DNA from: Carcharhinus amblyrhynchos
Lineage: Eukaryota
Length of the DNA stretch: 64,000 nucleotides
Direction of reading: 5' to 3'
Assembly: GCA_965287045.1 (NCBI GenBank)
Contig: OZ336889.1
Coordinates: forward strand, 16,554,001-16,618,000
Numbering within the stretch: position 1 is the first letter of the stretch; each line of letters begins with the position of its first letter. The position numbers and the translations under genes are program-made. The notes beneath the pieces are model-generated. The model was not told the DNA's origin, did no database searches, and saw only the letters and a program-made list of their open reading frames with translations. Of this stretch, positions 38,759 to 52,517 are shown piece by piece.

Positions 38759-41457
38759 TGGGTTTCAAATGTTTCAGAAGGGACGGGGAGGGAGGAAAAA
38801 GATGGGGGAGTGGCACTGTTGATCAGAACTAGTGACACAGCTGTAGAAAAGATGGATGCCATGGAGGGATTGTCTACGGAGTCTGTAGGTGGAGGTTCAG
38901 AACAGGAAGGAGTCACTAACTTTACTGGGTGTTTTCTATAGGCCGCCCAATATTAACAGGGATGTTGAAGAGCAGATAGGGAAACAGATCCTGGAAAGAT
39001 GTAATAATAACAGTTGTCATGATGGGAGATTTTAATTTCCCAAATATCAATTGGAATCTCCCTAAGGCAAGGGGTTTAGATGGGGAGAAGTTTGTTAGGT
39101 GTGTTCAGGAAGGTTTCCTGACACAATGTGGATAAGCCCACAAGATGAGAAGCTGTACTTGATTTGATATTGGGAAATGAACCTGGACAGGTGTCTGATC
39201 TCTCAGTGGGGGAGCATTTTGGGGATAGTGATCATAACTCTATCTCCTTTGGCTTTGGAGGGAGATAGGATCAGACAAACTAGGAAAGTGTTTAATTGGA
39301 GTAAGGGGAATTATGAAGCTATCAGGCAGGAAATTACAGGCATAAATTGGAAAGAGGTTTTCTCAGGGAAATGTACAGAAGAAATGTGGCAAATTTTCAA
39401 GGAATATTGTCTAGAGTTCTGTACAGCAACTTTCCAATGAGACAGGGAAGTTATGGTAGGCTAAAGGAACCGTGGTGCACGAAAGCTGTAATGAATTTAG
39501 CAAATAAGAAAAGGAAAGCTTACAAAAGGTTCAGGGAGTTAGGTAATACTGGAGATCTAGAAGAATATATGGCTAGTAGGAAGGAACTTAAGAAGGAAAT
39601 TAGGAGAGCCAGAAGGGGACATGAGAAGGCCTTGGCAGGTAGGATTAAGGAAAACCCCAAGGCATTCTACAAGTATGTGAAGAGCAAGAGGATAAGACGT
39701 GAAGGAATAAGACCTATCAGGTGTGACGGTGGGAAGATTTGTATAGAACCGCTAGAAATTGCAGAGGTGCACAATGAATATTTTACTTCAGTATTCACAG
39801 TGGAAAAGGATCTTGGTGGTTGTAGTACAGATTTGCAGCGGACTGAAAAGCTTGGACATGTAGACATTAAGAAAGAGGATGTGTTGGAGCTTTTGAAAAG
39901 CATCAATTTGGGTAAGTCTCCAGGACTGGATGGGATGTACCCCAGGTTACTGTGGGAGGGGAGGAGATTGCTGAGCCTCTTGAGCAATGATCTTTGTGTC
40001 ATCAGTGGAGATGGGAGCGGTTCTGGAGGATTGTGGATGTGGTTCCTTTATTCAAGAAAGGGAGAAGAGATAGCCCAGGAAATTACAGACCAGTGAGGCT
40101 AACCTCAGTGGTTGGTAAGTTGATGGAGAAGATCCTGAGAGATAGGATTTATGAACATCTGGAGAGGTATAGCATGATCAAGAATAGTCAGCACGGCTTT
40201 GTCAAAAGCAGATCATGCCTGACGAGCCTGATTGAATTTTGAGGATGTCTCTAAACACATTGACAAAGGAAGAGCAGTAAATGTGGTTTATATGGACTTC
40301 AGCAAGGCATTTGATAAGGTGCCCTATGCAAGGCTTATTGAGAAAGTGAGGAGGTATGGGATCCAAGGGGAGATTGCTCTGTGAATTCAGAACTGGCTTG
40401 CCCACAGAAGGCAAAGAATGGTTGTAGATGGGTGGTCTTCTGCATGGAGGTCTGTCACCAGTGGACACTGGTCTGTCACCAGTGGATCTGTTCTGGGACC
40501 CTTGCTCTTTGTGTCATCAGCAAACTTGCCAACCCATTCCTCCACTCCTTCATCCAGGTCATTTATAAAAAAATCACAAAGGTTGGAGGTGTTGTGGATA
40601 GTGTGGAGGGATGTCAGAAGTTGCAGTGAGAGCTTGATAAGATGCATGACTGGGCAGAGAAGTGGCAGGTGGACTTCAACCCAGATAAGTGTGTGATGAT
40701 TCATTTTGGCAGGTCAAATATGATGACAGATTATAATATTAAGGGTAAGAGTCTTGGCAGTGTGGAAGATCAGAACGATCTTGGGGTCTGGGTTCATAGG
40801 ACGCTCAAAGCAGCTTTGCAGGTTGAGGCTGTGGTTAAGAAAGTGTATGGTGTACTGGCATTCAACAATTGAGGAATTGAGTTTAGGAATGGGGAGATAA
40901 TGCTGCAGCTGTATAAGACCCTGGTCAGACCCCACTTGGAGTACTGTGCTCAGTTCTGGTCGCCTCATTACAGAAAGGATGTGGAAGCCGTCGAAAGGGT
41001 GCAGAGCAGATTTACAAGAATGTTGCCTGGATTGGTGGCATGCCTTATGAGGATAGGTTGAGAGAGCTCAGTCTTTTCTCCTTGGAGAGACGAAGGATGA
41101 GGGGTGACCTGATAGAGGTGTCTTAGATGATGAGGGGTATTGATTGAGTGAATTCTCAGAGGCTTTTTTCCAGGGCTGAAATTGTTGCCACAAGAGGACA
41201 CAGGTTTAGGCTGCTGGGGAGTAGGTACAGAGGAGATGCCGGGGTAAGTTTTTCACTCGGTGTGGTGGGTGCACATGAAATCGTCTGCCAGTGGTGGTGG
41301 TGGAGGTGGATTCGATAGGGTCTTTTAAGAGACATTTGGATAAGTACGTGGAACTTAGTAAGATGGAGGGTTATAGGTATGCCTAGTGGGTAGAGACATG
41401 TTCGGTGCAACTTGTGGGCCGAAGGGCCTGTTTGAGCTGTAGTTTTTCTATGTTTCA
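38759..41457 (+). mobile_element. CR1 LINE family B ORF2, 5'-truncated, with internal micro-inversion
   Basis: Colinear with 12590-15296; ENPKAFYKYV, KSPGLDG, NYRPV, QHGFV; tail tttctatgtttc. Confidence 0.95.
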
Positions 41458-44400
41458 ATACAGCGATTTATGGGATGCCCCAGTGCTGCGTGTCACTCAT
41501 CTGTATCCTGTGTCCTCTCTGATGCTCCATAAGCAGTGAACACCCCTGTGGTGCTGGCTGCTTATGCTGGCACCCCTTGAATGTTCAGTGAGAGGGTAAA
41601 TTCTGGATAGAGTCCTCGCTAATGTATTAAAATGAGCTTCCTGCAGTCCTGCGATGTTTCATGCCACTCTGCTGACGAAGGTGGGAAGATTGGAATTTGG
41701 AAACTTACTGGTATGAGTCTCACTTTCCAGATTTGAGCAGCCACCATTCCCATAGACAAGGAATGCAGAGGCTCAAAGATTCAGCTTCAGGCGTAGGTAT
41801 AATGCACTTGGTGAGGTGACAAAAGTTAACTGATGCTAATGCAATTGTCATAATACATACTTTGAGATAACATTTAAGATGGAGAGAAAGTGGAAGTCCT
41901 ATCCACCTTGGCTAGGCTTGATAAAATCATCCATGTTTCTTCATACAGTAATCCAATGAAATTTTCATTTGTATTGTTGAATGAGACTTAGCTTGAATTT
42001 AACTATGATACCCTATATTCAATAGTCAGTTTTAGGTAGGGATTCATGAAGTGACTTTTAGCAAAGTAATATTTCTGTTTATTAAAACTATTTCAGGTGC
42101 TTTGTACTGTACATGTTTGTTCATTAAATTTTACAACAGAATTCAACCTCCTGTTAACAAGGCTCATTTCTCATACCCCTTGTTTAGTGGTCAATTTGAT
42201 TACTTAATTGGCACATTTTTAGAACTAAATATTGAAGGAACATATTTTGGATTACTGTGGCTAATGAGTTACTTTCTATATTTGTTCCTGGTTAGCTCCT
42301 GAGAAGACCACTTTCGGGACAAACCCGTGGCAATTGTGCTTACTTCAACAATAATGTTAGATTTGGAATTCAATAATTTGATCCAACAATGATGAAGGAA
42401 TGCTGATGTTTCCACACTGGGCAGGAAAGATAGGGCTATGGCATCAGATAGAAAAATGTTATAAATAATTCTGTAAAAAATAGAGGATTACCCAGTGTTA
42501 GGACTACAGCTGATATTGCTGAGCAAGCCAGATCCCGGAGGGAAATTTGTTTTGTTGATCATTTAACTTTTGCACTCGGATGTGGAAATCCAAAAAGATT
42601 CAGAAACAAACTGCTTTCTGAAAAACAAATATTTTGCTGGCTTGAAACTGGATCACTGCTTCAAATTCAAAACTTCTACACCTTCCCAGCTCACAGATCT
42701 AATCTTCAGGACATTTCGCTCACAGCCACACACAACTCAGTTGAATATTTTGCCTTAAATATCTTTTTCCTCTTCATCTCAGATTCCATTATACTTAAAC
42801 ACCTCTTTGACCAATCTTTGCAAATATAAAATCTGTAATGTTTTCCGATTGCATCAACTTCCAGGTCAATACAATTCAATAAACCTTCCCATGTAAGTTG
42901 TAAAAAAAAAAAAATTCCTCATCAGTTCAGAAATTCTCTTTGAAATTCAACAGCTGAAACTCCAATTCCTCTACTTAATTTATAATACAAATTTTTGATT
43001 GCACCTACTTAGTTGTAACTTAACCACACCATAATCTGTCATTACAAATGCATGAACTAACACTGTTGCCCTTTTATCTCTTTGTTCTCACAAAGAAGTC
43101 ATCTCTATTAACCTCCCCCAGATTATTTAGTTATAGGCGCTTTTTTGTACAGAATATACCATAATTCCAAAAGTATTTTTAAAAATCCATCGTCACAACA
43201 TAACAAATTGTGCAGTAGACAAAAGCAAAGGGAAAGCTATAAGATGTGAATTAATTAAATCAGAAAAGTAGTGAGAAATGTATGAGGAAAATTAACATTA
43301 GAGCTGAAGTACAAGTTTGTGCGCCCCACATAGGTTCCCCTTACAATTAATAAGACACAATGATCTACCTACCTACCTTTAGGTTGAGATGTTTGGCATT
43401 AACAGTAACTTGTCCAGATCTCATTCGAATACTTTAGGAAATTTTTTACGCTCACTGTACATGCTATTTTTTTTCCAGGGCAAGTTCTTGTCTGTCTTGA
43501 GTTGCAGTTGCGACTTTCTGAATGGTCATTAGTCCGGTGTAGTTGATAGAGTCTTACAGCATACAAACAAGGACAGCAACATGTGAAACTGGGCAGAGTG
43601 CAAGCACTTTGTGTCCACAAGTTGGTAAACTTTGCAAACAAGATTCCTTCTATTGATCAGTAATCCATTGCCACTGGCAGAGCGATTGAACATATAAATA
43701 ACAGCTAATCAATTAAAGTATGACTTAACTTGCACACACCATAACTTATATCCCTTTTCTTTCCCAATACCTTGTTTGAAATTTTATCCTGTCTTTAGTT
43801 CGTGTGTGTTTTTGTCCCCCGTGTCATGCATTACAACATCAATTTTTTTCCCTCATTTTCTAACACTATATACATTGCATTTGTTCAAGTTTCTCAAAGC
43901 TACTGCTACAAACTTTGTACTGTTACTCATGGTATTTTATGCAATCATTTCCACGACTAGTGCTGATCAAACAAACCTCAGAATTCATCCTAATTTCCCA
44001 TGCTGTTAGTTTCTCTTTGGAGGTTACAATGTATTGTTCATTGGCATGACCTGATTTGCAAACTGTGGCTGATGTTTATAGACTGCATTCTTCTGTGCAG
44101 TACAAGTTTATTTGGATAATTTTATTAAAGATACCCTTGTTTGGTTAATAAAACCAAAGCTTATTCATATTTTCCTTCTTTCTGTGGAGTTCTGTCTCTT
44201 GCTTGATGCTGAGGTCAGGGTAAAGATATGACATTTAGAACAGTCTGTGTAAGGTCACCATTACTTGACACAAGTAGTGAGTAAATTCTAGTAGCTCATT
44301 TCACATAATCCTGTAAGAACACCAATACTAAATCTTTAAAATGTTATTTTTCTATACTGATTATCAGTCTGGTGGCTGAATAATAAAAATTTCAAGTTCG

Positions 44401-44849
44401 TTGCTTAAATTCTTGGAGCTTTGGTAAAGAATTTTTACTCCTGAATCAGTGTTGCTATTCAGTGTTTCTCAATTTCAGGGTTGTTTCCAGTCATATATCT
44501 GCCAAGAGATTTGTTTTGCATTGTAGCATCCTAAAAATTAAACACCTAAAGATCCTAATTATAAGGAATAAGGAATTTGATTTTTTTTAAAAAAGAACAT
44601 TATCAACTAAACAGCACAAGGAGCAGAATAACTGATTAGCATACTATTTTCAAACTGCTCCTTGTTGCTGTTTCACTTATTGAATTTGGTTTGGCTTTGT
44701 AATGCTATTAAAGTACTGCAATGATTATTGGCACAAGGAACAAATCACAATCTTAATGCATGCAAACTGACCATTCTGTCCATCATATCCTATAATCACA
44801 GATTTTTCCTCCAAAAACCAGGAAATTAGCCCTCCTGTTTAATAAGAAC

Positions 44850-45460
44850 AACATTTTTGCATTTTAATGCAATAAAAATCCTTAGTTGCATTATTAAATA
44901 AAATGTGACAGATGGGGAGATATTAGGCCAGATGACCAAAAGACCAAAGTAGTAGGTTTTAGGGAGTGTCTTAAAAAGAAAGGAAGTGTCTTAAGACAAA
45001 AGCAAGATTGAGATGGAGAGAATCCAAGGGATCCAAAGGAATTTCCAAGATTTACTGCCAAGGCAGCAGGGGGCACAGCCACCCAATAGCTGAGCAATTA
45101 AAATCAGGGATTATCAGAAACTGATCAATATTATTGAGATAGGAAACATGTGACTTTGGTGATGATAATGAATGTGGTTAGTAGCTCATCCCTGAGTCAA
45201 ATAAAACACCAAGATTGTTAATCTAGACTTGGTTTAGTCTCAATGTTGCCGAGAGAGACATGAAGTTGATACCTAGGGAATGGAGTTCGGAGTGTGAGCA
45301 GTGGCTTCAGTCCTCCCAGTATTTAATTTGAAGGAAATTTCTGCTTCCACAATACTGGCTGTCAGATAAGTTAGCAGATAATTTAACAATAATGGAGAAG
45401 TCAAAATGGTGAAAGCTAACACCTGTAACATTGGCAAGAGGTAACAAGAGTCCAATTGTC
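44850..45460 (-). mobile_element. L2-type LINE 3' fragment
   Basis: Minus strand LSDSQYCGSRNFLQ + LNTGRTEA (L2 motif W...NFLQLN..KTE). Confidence 0.7.
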
Positions 45461-45689
45461 CTTAAAGTAGCTGTAGAGTTCACCATCCTTTTAACTAGTG
45501 CATCCTCAAACTGAACAACGCCCTGGCATGAAGACATTTCTGTATTCCTCACCTTATTCTTTTGTCAGTTATTTTAAATCTATGATCTCTGGTTATCAAC
45601 ATATTTGCTAGAACCGTAGCTTCTTTCAGCACTGTAGGAATTCTATCTGGCATATTGAATCTGCAGCAGTTTTCTGAAAGAACATCACT

Positions 45690-45935
45690 TGGGCCCTCCT
45701 CCCTGCCCTATTCCCATAATTCCTTGCATTTATTATGGCTAATCCACCCATACATATTCTTTGGACACACTTAAGGGACAACTTAGTTTAGCCAATCTAC
45801 TTAAACTGCACATCTTTGGATTCTGGGAGGAAATCAGACCACTGGCAGAAACCCATGCAGAGATGGGGAAGAACATGCAGACTCTACATAGTAACCCAAG
45901 GTTGGAATCAAACCAGGATCCCTGGTGCTGTGGAA
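45690..45935 (-). mobile_element. HE1/V-SINE-type SINE
   Basis: cacatctttggattctgggaggaaa...gaaacccatgcag...aaccaggatccctggtgctgtg. Confidence 0.8.
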
Positions 45936-46246
45936 ATGTTTTATATTCAGGAAAGAATGAATCAAAAGCCAGGTTTCTGTCCAAGACAACAGAGCAAGAA
46001 CACATTTCTTCTTCTTCTTCCTCCCAACAGCCAGTGTGAACTGTTTTTTATATATACTGTTGCAATGAGTCGCTAATCCTTCCCAATTGGGGACAGCTGC
46101 TCTTAATAATCAACTTAAAACATATACTCTCTGGCAGCATAATTTCAACATTAACATTGAGGTTCCTCTGTTCTTGCATCCAACTCAAAATTTAGATTAT
46201 ATTGCTGCTGCATGTTGTTTCTTCCAAAGCACATCACATTTATTAT

Positions 46247-46899
46247 AGGCGAATGGGATGCTGGCCTTCATAGCGAGGGGGATTGAATATGGAAGTAGGG
46301 AGGTCTTGCTGCAGCTGTATAGGGCATTGGTGAGGCCGCAGCTGGAGTACTGTGTGCAGTTTTGGGCGCCGCACCTGCGCAAAGATATTTTGGCCTTGGA
46401 GGGAGTGCAGAGGAGGTTTACTAGGCTGATACCGGAGTTGAGGGGGTTGAGCTATGAGGAGAGGCTGAATAAACTAGGCTTGTACTCGTTAGAGTTTAGA
46501 AGAATGAGGGGAGATCTCATTGAGATGTATAAGATGATGAATGGGATGGATAGGATAGAGGTGGAGAGACTCTTCCTGCTCAAAAAAGACAGTAGGACTA
46601 GGGGGCACAGCCTCAAGATAAAAGGGGGGCGGTTTAGAACAGAGTTGAGGAGGAACTTCTTCACTCAAAGGGTGGTGAATCTCTGGAATTCTCTGCCCGT
46701 TGAAGTGGTGGAGGCTGCCTCGCTAAATATTTTTAAGACGCGGGTTGATGGGTTTTTGATAAGAGAGGGGATTAAGGGTTATGGGGAGAAAGCGGGAAAG
46801 TGGAACTGAGCAGCGACAGATCAGCCATGATCTTATTGAATGGCGGGGCAGGCTCGAAGGGCTAGATGGCCTACTCCTGCTCCTATTTCTTATGTTCTT
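46247..46899 (+). mobile_element. Young 5'-truncated CR1 family A copy
   Basis: Uninterrupted 183-aa ORF2 C-terminus nearly identical to 54907..55479; same 3' UTR. Confidence 0.95.
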
Positions 46900-46968
46900 A
46901 TATTCAGTTGTATCTGCCATATGAGTTCCCATTTTCCCAGCCTGGTCTCCTGACATATATTACCATCA

Positions 46969-47270
46969 GTGTGGGGAAGCACAGGGGTTAGCACTTCTTT
47001 CTCACAGCTCCAGAGACCAGGTTTGATTCCCAGTTTGGGTCTCTGTCTGCGTGAAGTCTGCATGTTCTCCCCATGTCTGTGTGGGTTTGCTGTGGGTGCT
47101 CTGGTTTCCTCCCACAAGCTGAAAGATGTGCTGGTTGGGTACATTGCCATGTTAAATTCTCCCTCAGTGTGCCTGAGCAGGCACCAGTGTATGGCGACAA
47201 GGGAATTCTCACAGTAACTTCATTGCAATGTTAATGTAAGCCTACTTGTAACTAAGAGACTTTAACTTTA
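46969..47270 (+). mobile_element. HE1-like SINE subfamily with alternative tail
   Basis: V-core followed by aaattctccctcagtg...cagtaacttcattgcaatgttaatgtaagcctacttgt tail, shared with the 59287 and 61606 copies. Confidence 0.85.
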
Positions 47271-49553
47271 TTTGCAGTGTTTCTAAGTTTTGTACTGTCT
47301 GCAAACTTCAAAATTGTAATCCTGATACCCAAGTTCAAATTATTAATATATAACAAGTAAAGTAATAGTTCTAATTCTGGAGGCACTCCATTGCACACTT
47401 CTATCAGAAAAACACTTGTTCACCACCACTTCCACTTCCATCCCTTAGTCAATTTCAGACCCCATCTATGGTCATCCCTTTTTAATATCATGTGTAGCTA
47501 CTTTCTGAATAAATTTGTTAGGTTAGTTGCATATGATTTTCCTTTTAACTAATCAGTATTTGATGTAACCCATCCTTCTCCAAGTGAAAATTAATGCTTT
47601 CAATTTTAAAAAGTATATTTTATTTTTGTGAGTTAAGGAAACTAGGCCAAACTCTTGTGAATGTTCACTGCAAAAACATTAATGCATTTGCTTCTTTGCA
47701 TGATTTGTCCTTCCCCATGCATGCGAATGCATGCCAATTTTTATCCTTCGGACAAACGTTCTCTGACTCTATCCTGGCCATGGCACTTTTTTATTTAACT
47801 GGTTCTTAAAGTGACAGATTAGCATAGTGTTGTGTGATATGACCACTGTAGTAAATGAGATGGATTTCAGACCGATTTAGCAATGAAGAAACTGGGTACT
47901 GTGGATCATCAGCAGCAGCAAAATTGTATTCAACCCCAATCTGTAACTTCATGGCCCGGCATATCCCTGCTCTACCATTACTTTCAAGCTAGGATCAACC
48001 TTCCTTCAATAAAGAGTGCAGGAAGGCACGCCATGAGCAGCACAAGGCATACCTAAAAATGAGTTCACCTCCCCTTGTGTATCTCTGCACAAGCGCATCT
48101 GTGCACACACGCACCACTGCACCTGCACACATTTACCTCTGCACCTACACACATATACACACACCTTGGTTTTGTGAGAAATTCAACTCACCGTTAGGAG
48201 TCCTTCAGTTAACAGAGTTTTATTTTCTTTTAGCCAAAGCATGTTTCAATTTGAGATAACTATTTTTCTTCTGCAACCAGTTTGTTCCAAAACTTTTAAT
48301 GCCTATAATTAGTATGTATTGATTTTTTTTTGTATTATTTGTTTCGTAGGCAACGTTGTTGCATGATCAGTTATTGGGAGCTAGCTGCTTTGTCATAACC
48401 CCCCTTTCAGAAAAACCTAGTTCTTAAAAGGACTCATTACCCACCTAAAATAGAAGTCTCCCCACCCCCAAGTACATGAGCCATCACACAAGGAAAAGAT
48501 GACGTGTCCACTTGAGCATAACTTCAATGTTGATAACCATGAAAAATTGAACAGATCATATGAGCTGATGGGCTTTAAAACATGGTTGTGACAGGCAATT
48601 CAAGCACCTCTGATAGAGAAACCTGAATGGCAGTGACGTTTCAAAACTGTTAGTTATTTCTCATTTTTGACATACTCCTCATGAACAAATTCAGGATTTT
48701 TGTCATATTTTACTGCAAAGGACTGAAAAAAAATCAGCTATACTATATAAGTTCATTAGATAAATAAATAGTAAAAGAAAATCCACCTTAACATAAAAGG
48801 TGGGGACATGCTCTTAAGTTGTAGAGCTTTCATCTGAAATTGTGCTGTGCTATGAGAACTTATACCTAAAAATTGTTAGAAAAAAAATGGCCACAGAAAT
48901 AAAATCGTGCAGTGGCCAAGCTGCCTATATGTTCTTATAGTAAGACCTGGATTCATTTTGAGTTTGAAAAACTGTTGATTTTATTAGTAATTAATAGCAA
49001 TCATTCCTTTATTTTTCTCCCACTGGTGCTGTATCTGTGCAAATGAAGATTGGAATTTTTGTTGGAAGCCAGTCATTATAGTTCCAGGGCATGACTGCAA
49101 GAATTGCTCTGAGGTATCCTTGGCCCATTCAGCTCCAGCTGCTTCATCAAAGACTTTACATCCATCATATGTCTTTCTTATCAGGAATAAGCTTCTTGTT
49201 GACAATTTCAGACAATTATTATGGTAAAACAACCAGCTGGCAATCTAGATAATATCCAGATATTAGCGCTGCATAAGTGCCAGCTTTCGACCATTTGAAA
49301 TGAGTAAAAGCCCAACCATTATGCCTTGACCTTCAAGGTACCACCATTGCTGAGTTCAACAGTGACCAGAAACACATTGACCAGGCATATCAACATTATG
49401 GCATCAAGGCTGGATGGGGTCTGTACATGTGTTGCACAGGGATATCCTACAGCAACTCACCATGTGTCTTGTATATTATCTTCCTTCTTTCTTCCTTTCT
49501 TGTGACCTCTGTCGTCAAGAAGTACAAGTGTGTTAGGTCATGGGAACACCATT

Positions 49554-50590
49554 CACAGAATCACAAAGTCTCACAGTGCAGAAGAGACCCTTTGGCCTGT
49601 TGACTCTGCAGCGACACAGAAGAAATACCGTACTTACCTATCTAATCCAATTTATCAGAGCTTGGCCCACAGCCTTGAATGTTACGATCTGGCAAGTGCT
49701 CATCCAGGCACTTTTTAAAGGATATCAGGCAACCTGCCTCTACCACCCTCTGAGGTAGTGCATTCCAGACCATCACCACCCTCTGAATATAAAAGGTTTT
49801 CCTCACATCCCCTATCATCTCCAGCCCTTCATCTTGAAATTGTGTCCCTTTGTAACTGACCCTTCCAACAGTGCTCTCTATCCATCATGTCCATGCCCCT
49901 CATTATCTTGTACACCTTGATCAGGTTGTCCCTCAGTCTTCTCTGCTTCAACGAAAGCAACCAAATCTATCCAATCTCTCTTCATAATCTAAATGTTTCA
50001 TCCAAAGCAACATCTTGGTGAATCTCCTCTGCACACCCTCTAGTGCAATCACATTCTTCCTATAATTTGGTGACCAGAACTGCACACAGTATTCCAGCTG
50101 TGGCTTGACCAAAGTTCTATATAACTCCAACTTGACCTGTGCTTTTGCAATCTATGTCTCAATTGACAAAGACAAAGACAAATGTCCCAAATGCCCTTTT
50201 CACCGCCTTATTAACATACCCTCCTGCCTTGGACAAACATATCAAAGTTCTTTTGTACCAGAACTTCCTAGTGTCATGCCATTCATTGAATATTTCCTTG
50301 TCAAATGACTCCCTTTGAAAGTGTATCACCTCTCACTTTTCAGCGTTAAATTCCATCTGTCACTTAACTTCCCATTTGACCATCCTGTTTATATCCTCCT
50401 GGACCCCAAGACACTGACTCTCCACTGTTAACTGTTTGGCCAATCTTTATGTAATCTGCAAATTTACTAATCCTACCCCCATAATCATCTATGTTGTTTA
50501 TATAATTGATGAATAACAGGGGACCTAGCACAAATCCCTGTGGCATGATTGTGGAAACTGGCTTTCAGTCACTAAAACAGCCTTTCCCTC
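49554..50590 (-). mobile_element. CR1 LINE 3' fragment
   Basis: Minus ORFs MPQGFVLGPLLFINYIN..SKFAD and [19 protein letters not shown]. Confidence 0.9.
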
Positions 50591-52517
50591 CAGGTAATAT
50601 GCTAACTTGTGACGGACATAATCCTGGATTTCCATATATAACATTGTGGGACACGGTCACCACAAGGACAGCAACAATTTAATGAATGGGTCCATTGTGA
50701 CCTTGACAGTATCACCCAATCCCATGAGCTTTCTTCAAAAAAGGAATTCCATGATGTGGAATAAAATTGCTATGTTAGTGTCCTTGGTGTGTATTGCGAT
50801 CCATTTGAGTTGTGGAAAGATGACAGCATTTACTACATTCTACATGAACTAATACTTTTGTGTTTTCAAGGGGACAATATGTTGGCTTTTTATTTGAAAA
50901 CTAATTGTATTTAATCAATGGGCTGTTGAACTTCCTTGCTTTCAATGGGAGTCTATCGAATAGAAATAAGATTTTAATTGAGAGACAACAGATCTGAAGA
51001 TTGACATTGTAGATTCCATTATAATAGAAAAAACAAAATTGTTCTGAACAAGTTTCTAGAAGGCAATGACTAAAACAAATTATAAATTGGGTTTTCTTCA
51101 CTGAGTTCTTGATCTCACTTTTGTGGCTATGGTGAGGTGTGATTTGGAGTACAAACATCTTCTCATGGGAGAGGAATGAAAACTCTTGGTTGCAAGCCAA
51201 AGAGGACATTGTGGTGGCATGCTCACCTGAAACCATTATGGGTGTATGATTCTAGAGGTGCCCCAGGAATTAGGTGAAACTGGGGAGAAGGTTAATATCC
51301 TAATGTTGTGTAAGTGCTGAAAAACAGTTGCAAAATTCAGTTCAGTTTTATTATTGTTAAATCAAGCATTGGAAGTTCTTCTGATTACTTTAATGGATTG
51401 TACGGTGAGTAGCTGAATTATTAATATAGTAGAGAATCCAAGGTTTGATCCATAGTTGGTGCTTGGTTAACTAAATTCAACTTGTGATGGGAAGAACATT
51501 GCAATTCAAGGACACCATCAACAATTTCTCCCATTCCTGATCTGGTGATTATTGCTGCAAGTGTACATGTGTGGACATTGGATGCAAACAGAGTTAGGTT
51601 TGGGTATTATGCCTTCAGTTGAATTGCTTGCATTGTCAAGGGTTATGTGAATAATAACCACTTTGTCAAAGTAACAGGCAATTGAATGGAGATTCAGGAA
51701 CCACACGAAAGCCATTATCTACAGCAGAAGATGGGAGAAAATTGGAGTGGGGAGGAAGGAACTAAACAGGCTCTGTTGCTCGAAATCTATGGCATTGTGG
51801 CATTGATGTTTCTGTCAGCCACACAATTAGAACTGCTGGATGTTCATTTCCAGAGATTGAGGGAGAAGAGGAACTTGAGGGTGAGCCATTTTCTTACCTG
51901 AGATCAACTAATTCAGTACAAACCAGAGAGTGAACCTTGGATGTTCCTCGACTGTGGGGTTGATTTGGAAACTCAGAAGGCAAGAGTCAACAAGTAGAGA
52001 TTTTGGTGTGTTGCACGTTCTCTTCAAGGTTGCCAATAATTCTTGGCTACAATTCAATTTTTCATACACAATTCATCAAAAAAGATTTATGACATTAATT
52101 CTGAAATGACATTGCTCAGTTCATATAAACCAAGATCATGACTCGTGTTTTAAATTTTTTTTAACGATATTGACAATACTTGTCAAGTAACAGTTGATAA
52201 ATTGTGGACATTATTAAACACAATTTTATTCAGATCCATTTCCTTCTTCCAAAAGACAAAGTTGTTACTAATATTGGTCCAGTAACATTTGTTTCCATTC
52301 AGTTGTCAAAAAAGTACTTGGAGAAAGATTCTGTGGGGTGGGGGAAGTGAAATACGTTGGTGAAACTAGCCATTGTGCAGGGCACCCCAATTTTTTTTGG
52401 GGGGGGCCTCTACCCTGACCATGGGCATTGACCCCAGCCCCGCATCATCAACAGCATTGTCATACCTCCCCCTCCAACAACACTTGCATAGGCTGCCTCC
52501 CCTGCATAATATAAGGG

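Larger units (their letters stand above)
36229..41790. mobile_element. Harbinger/PIF DNA transposon relic (transposase on minus strand, Myb-like remnants on plus) with nested CR1
   Basis: Minus strand IDFTSVAL..P....FMNHKGYSSFNLQLVC (HARBI1/DDE_Tnp_4 motif IDCTHV..NRKG.HS.NVQ.VC) and VALKL..TL; ends gggttaaatctt / aagattcagct. Confidence 0.75.

Noticed and set aside
43479-43624. Candidate exon with acceptor ttttttttccag and donor TTG|GTAAAC
   Set aside because: Stops in all frames and no similarity to the smoothelin start peptide.
52365-52510. Possible 5' inversion of the CR1 at 52518
   Set aside because: The reverse complement does not resemble CR1 ORF1; better explained as the interrupted MITE-like host.
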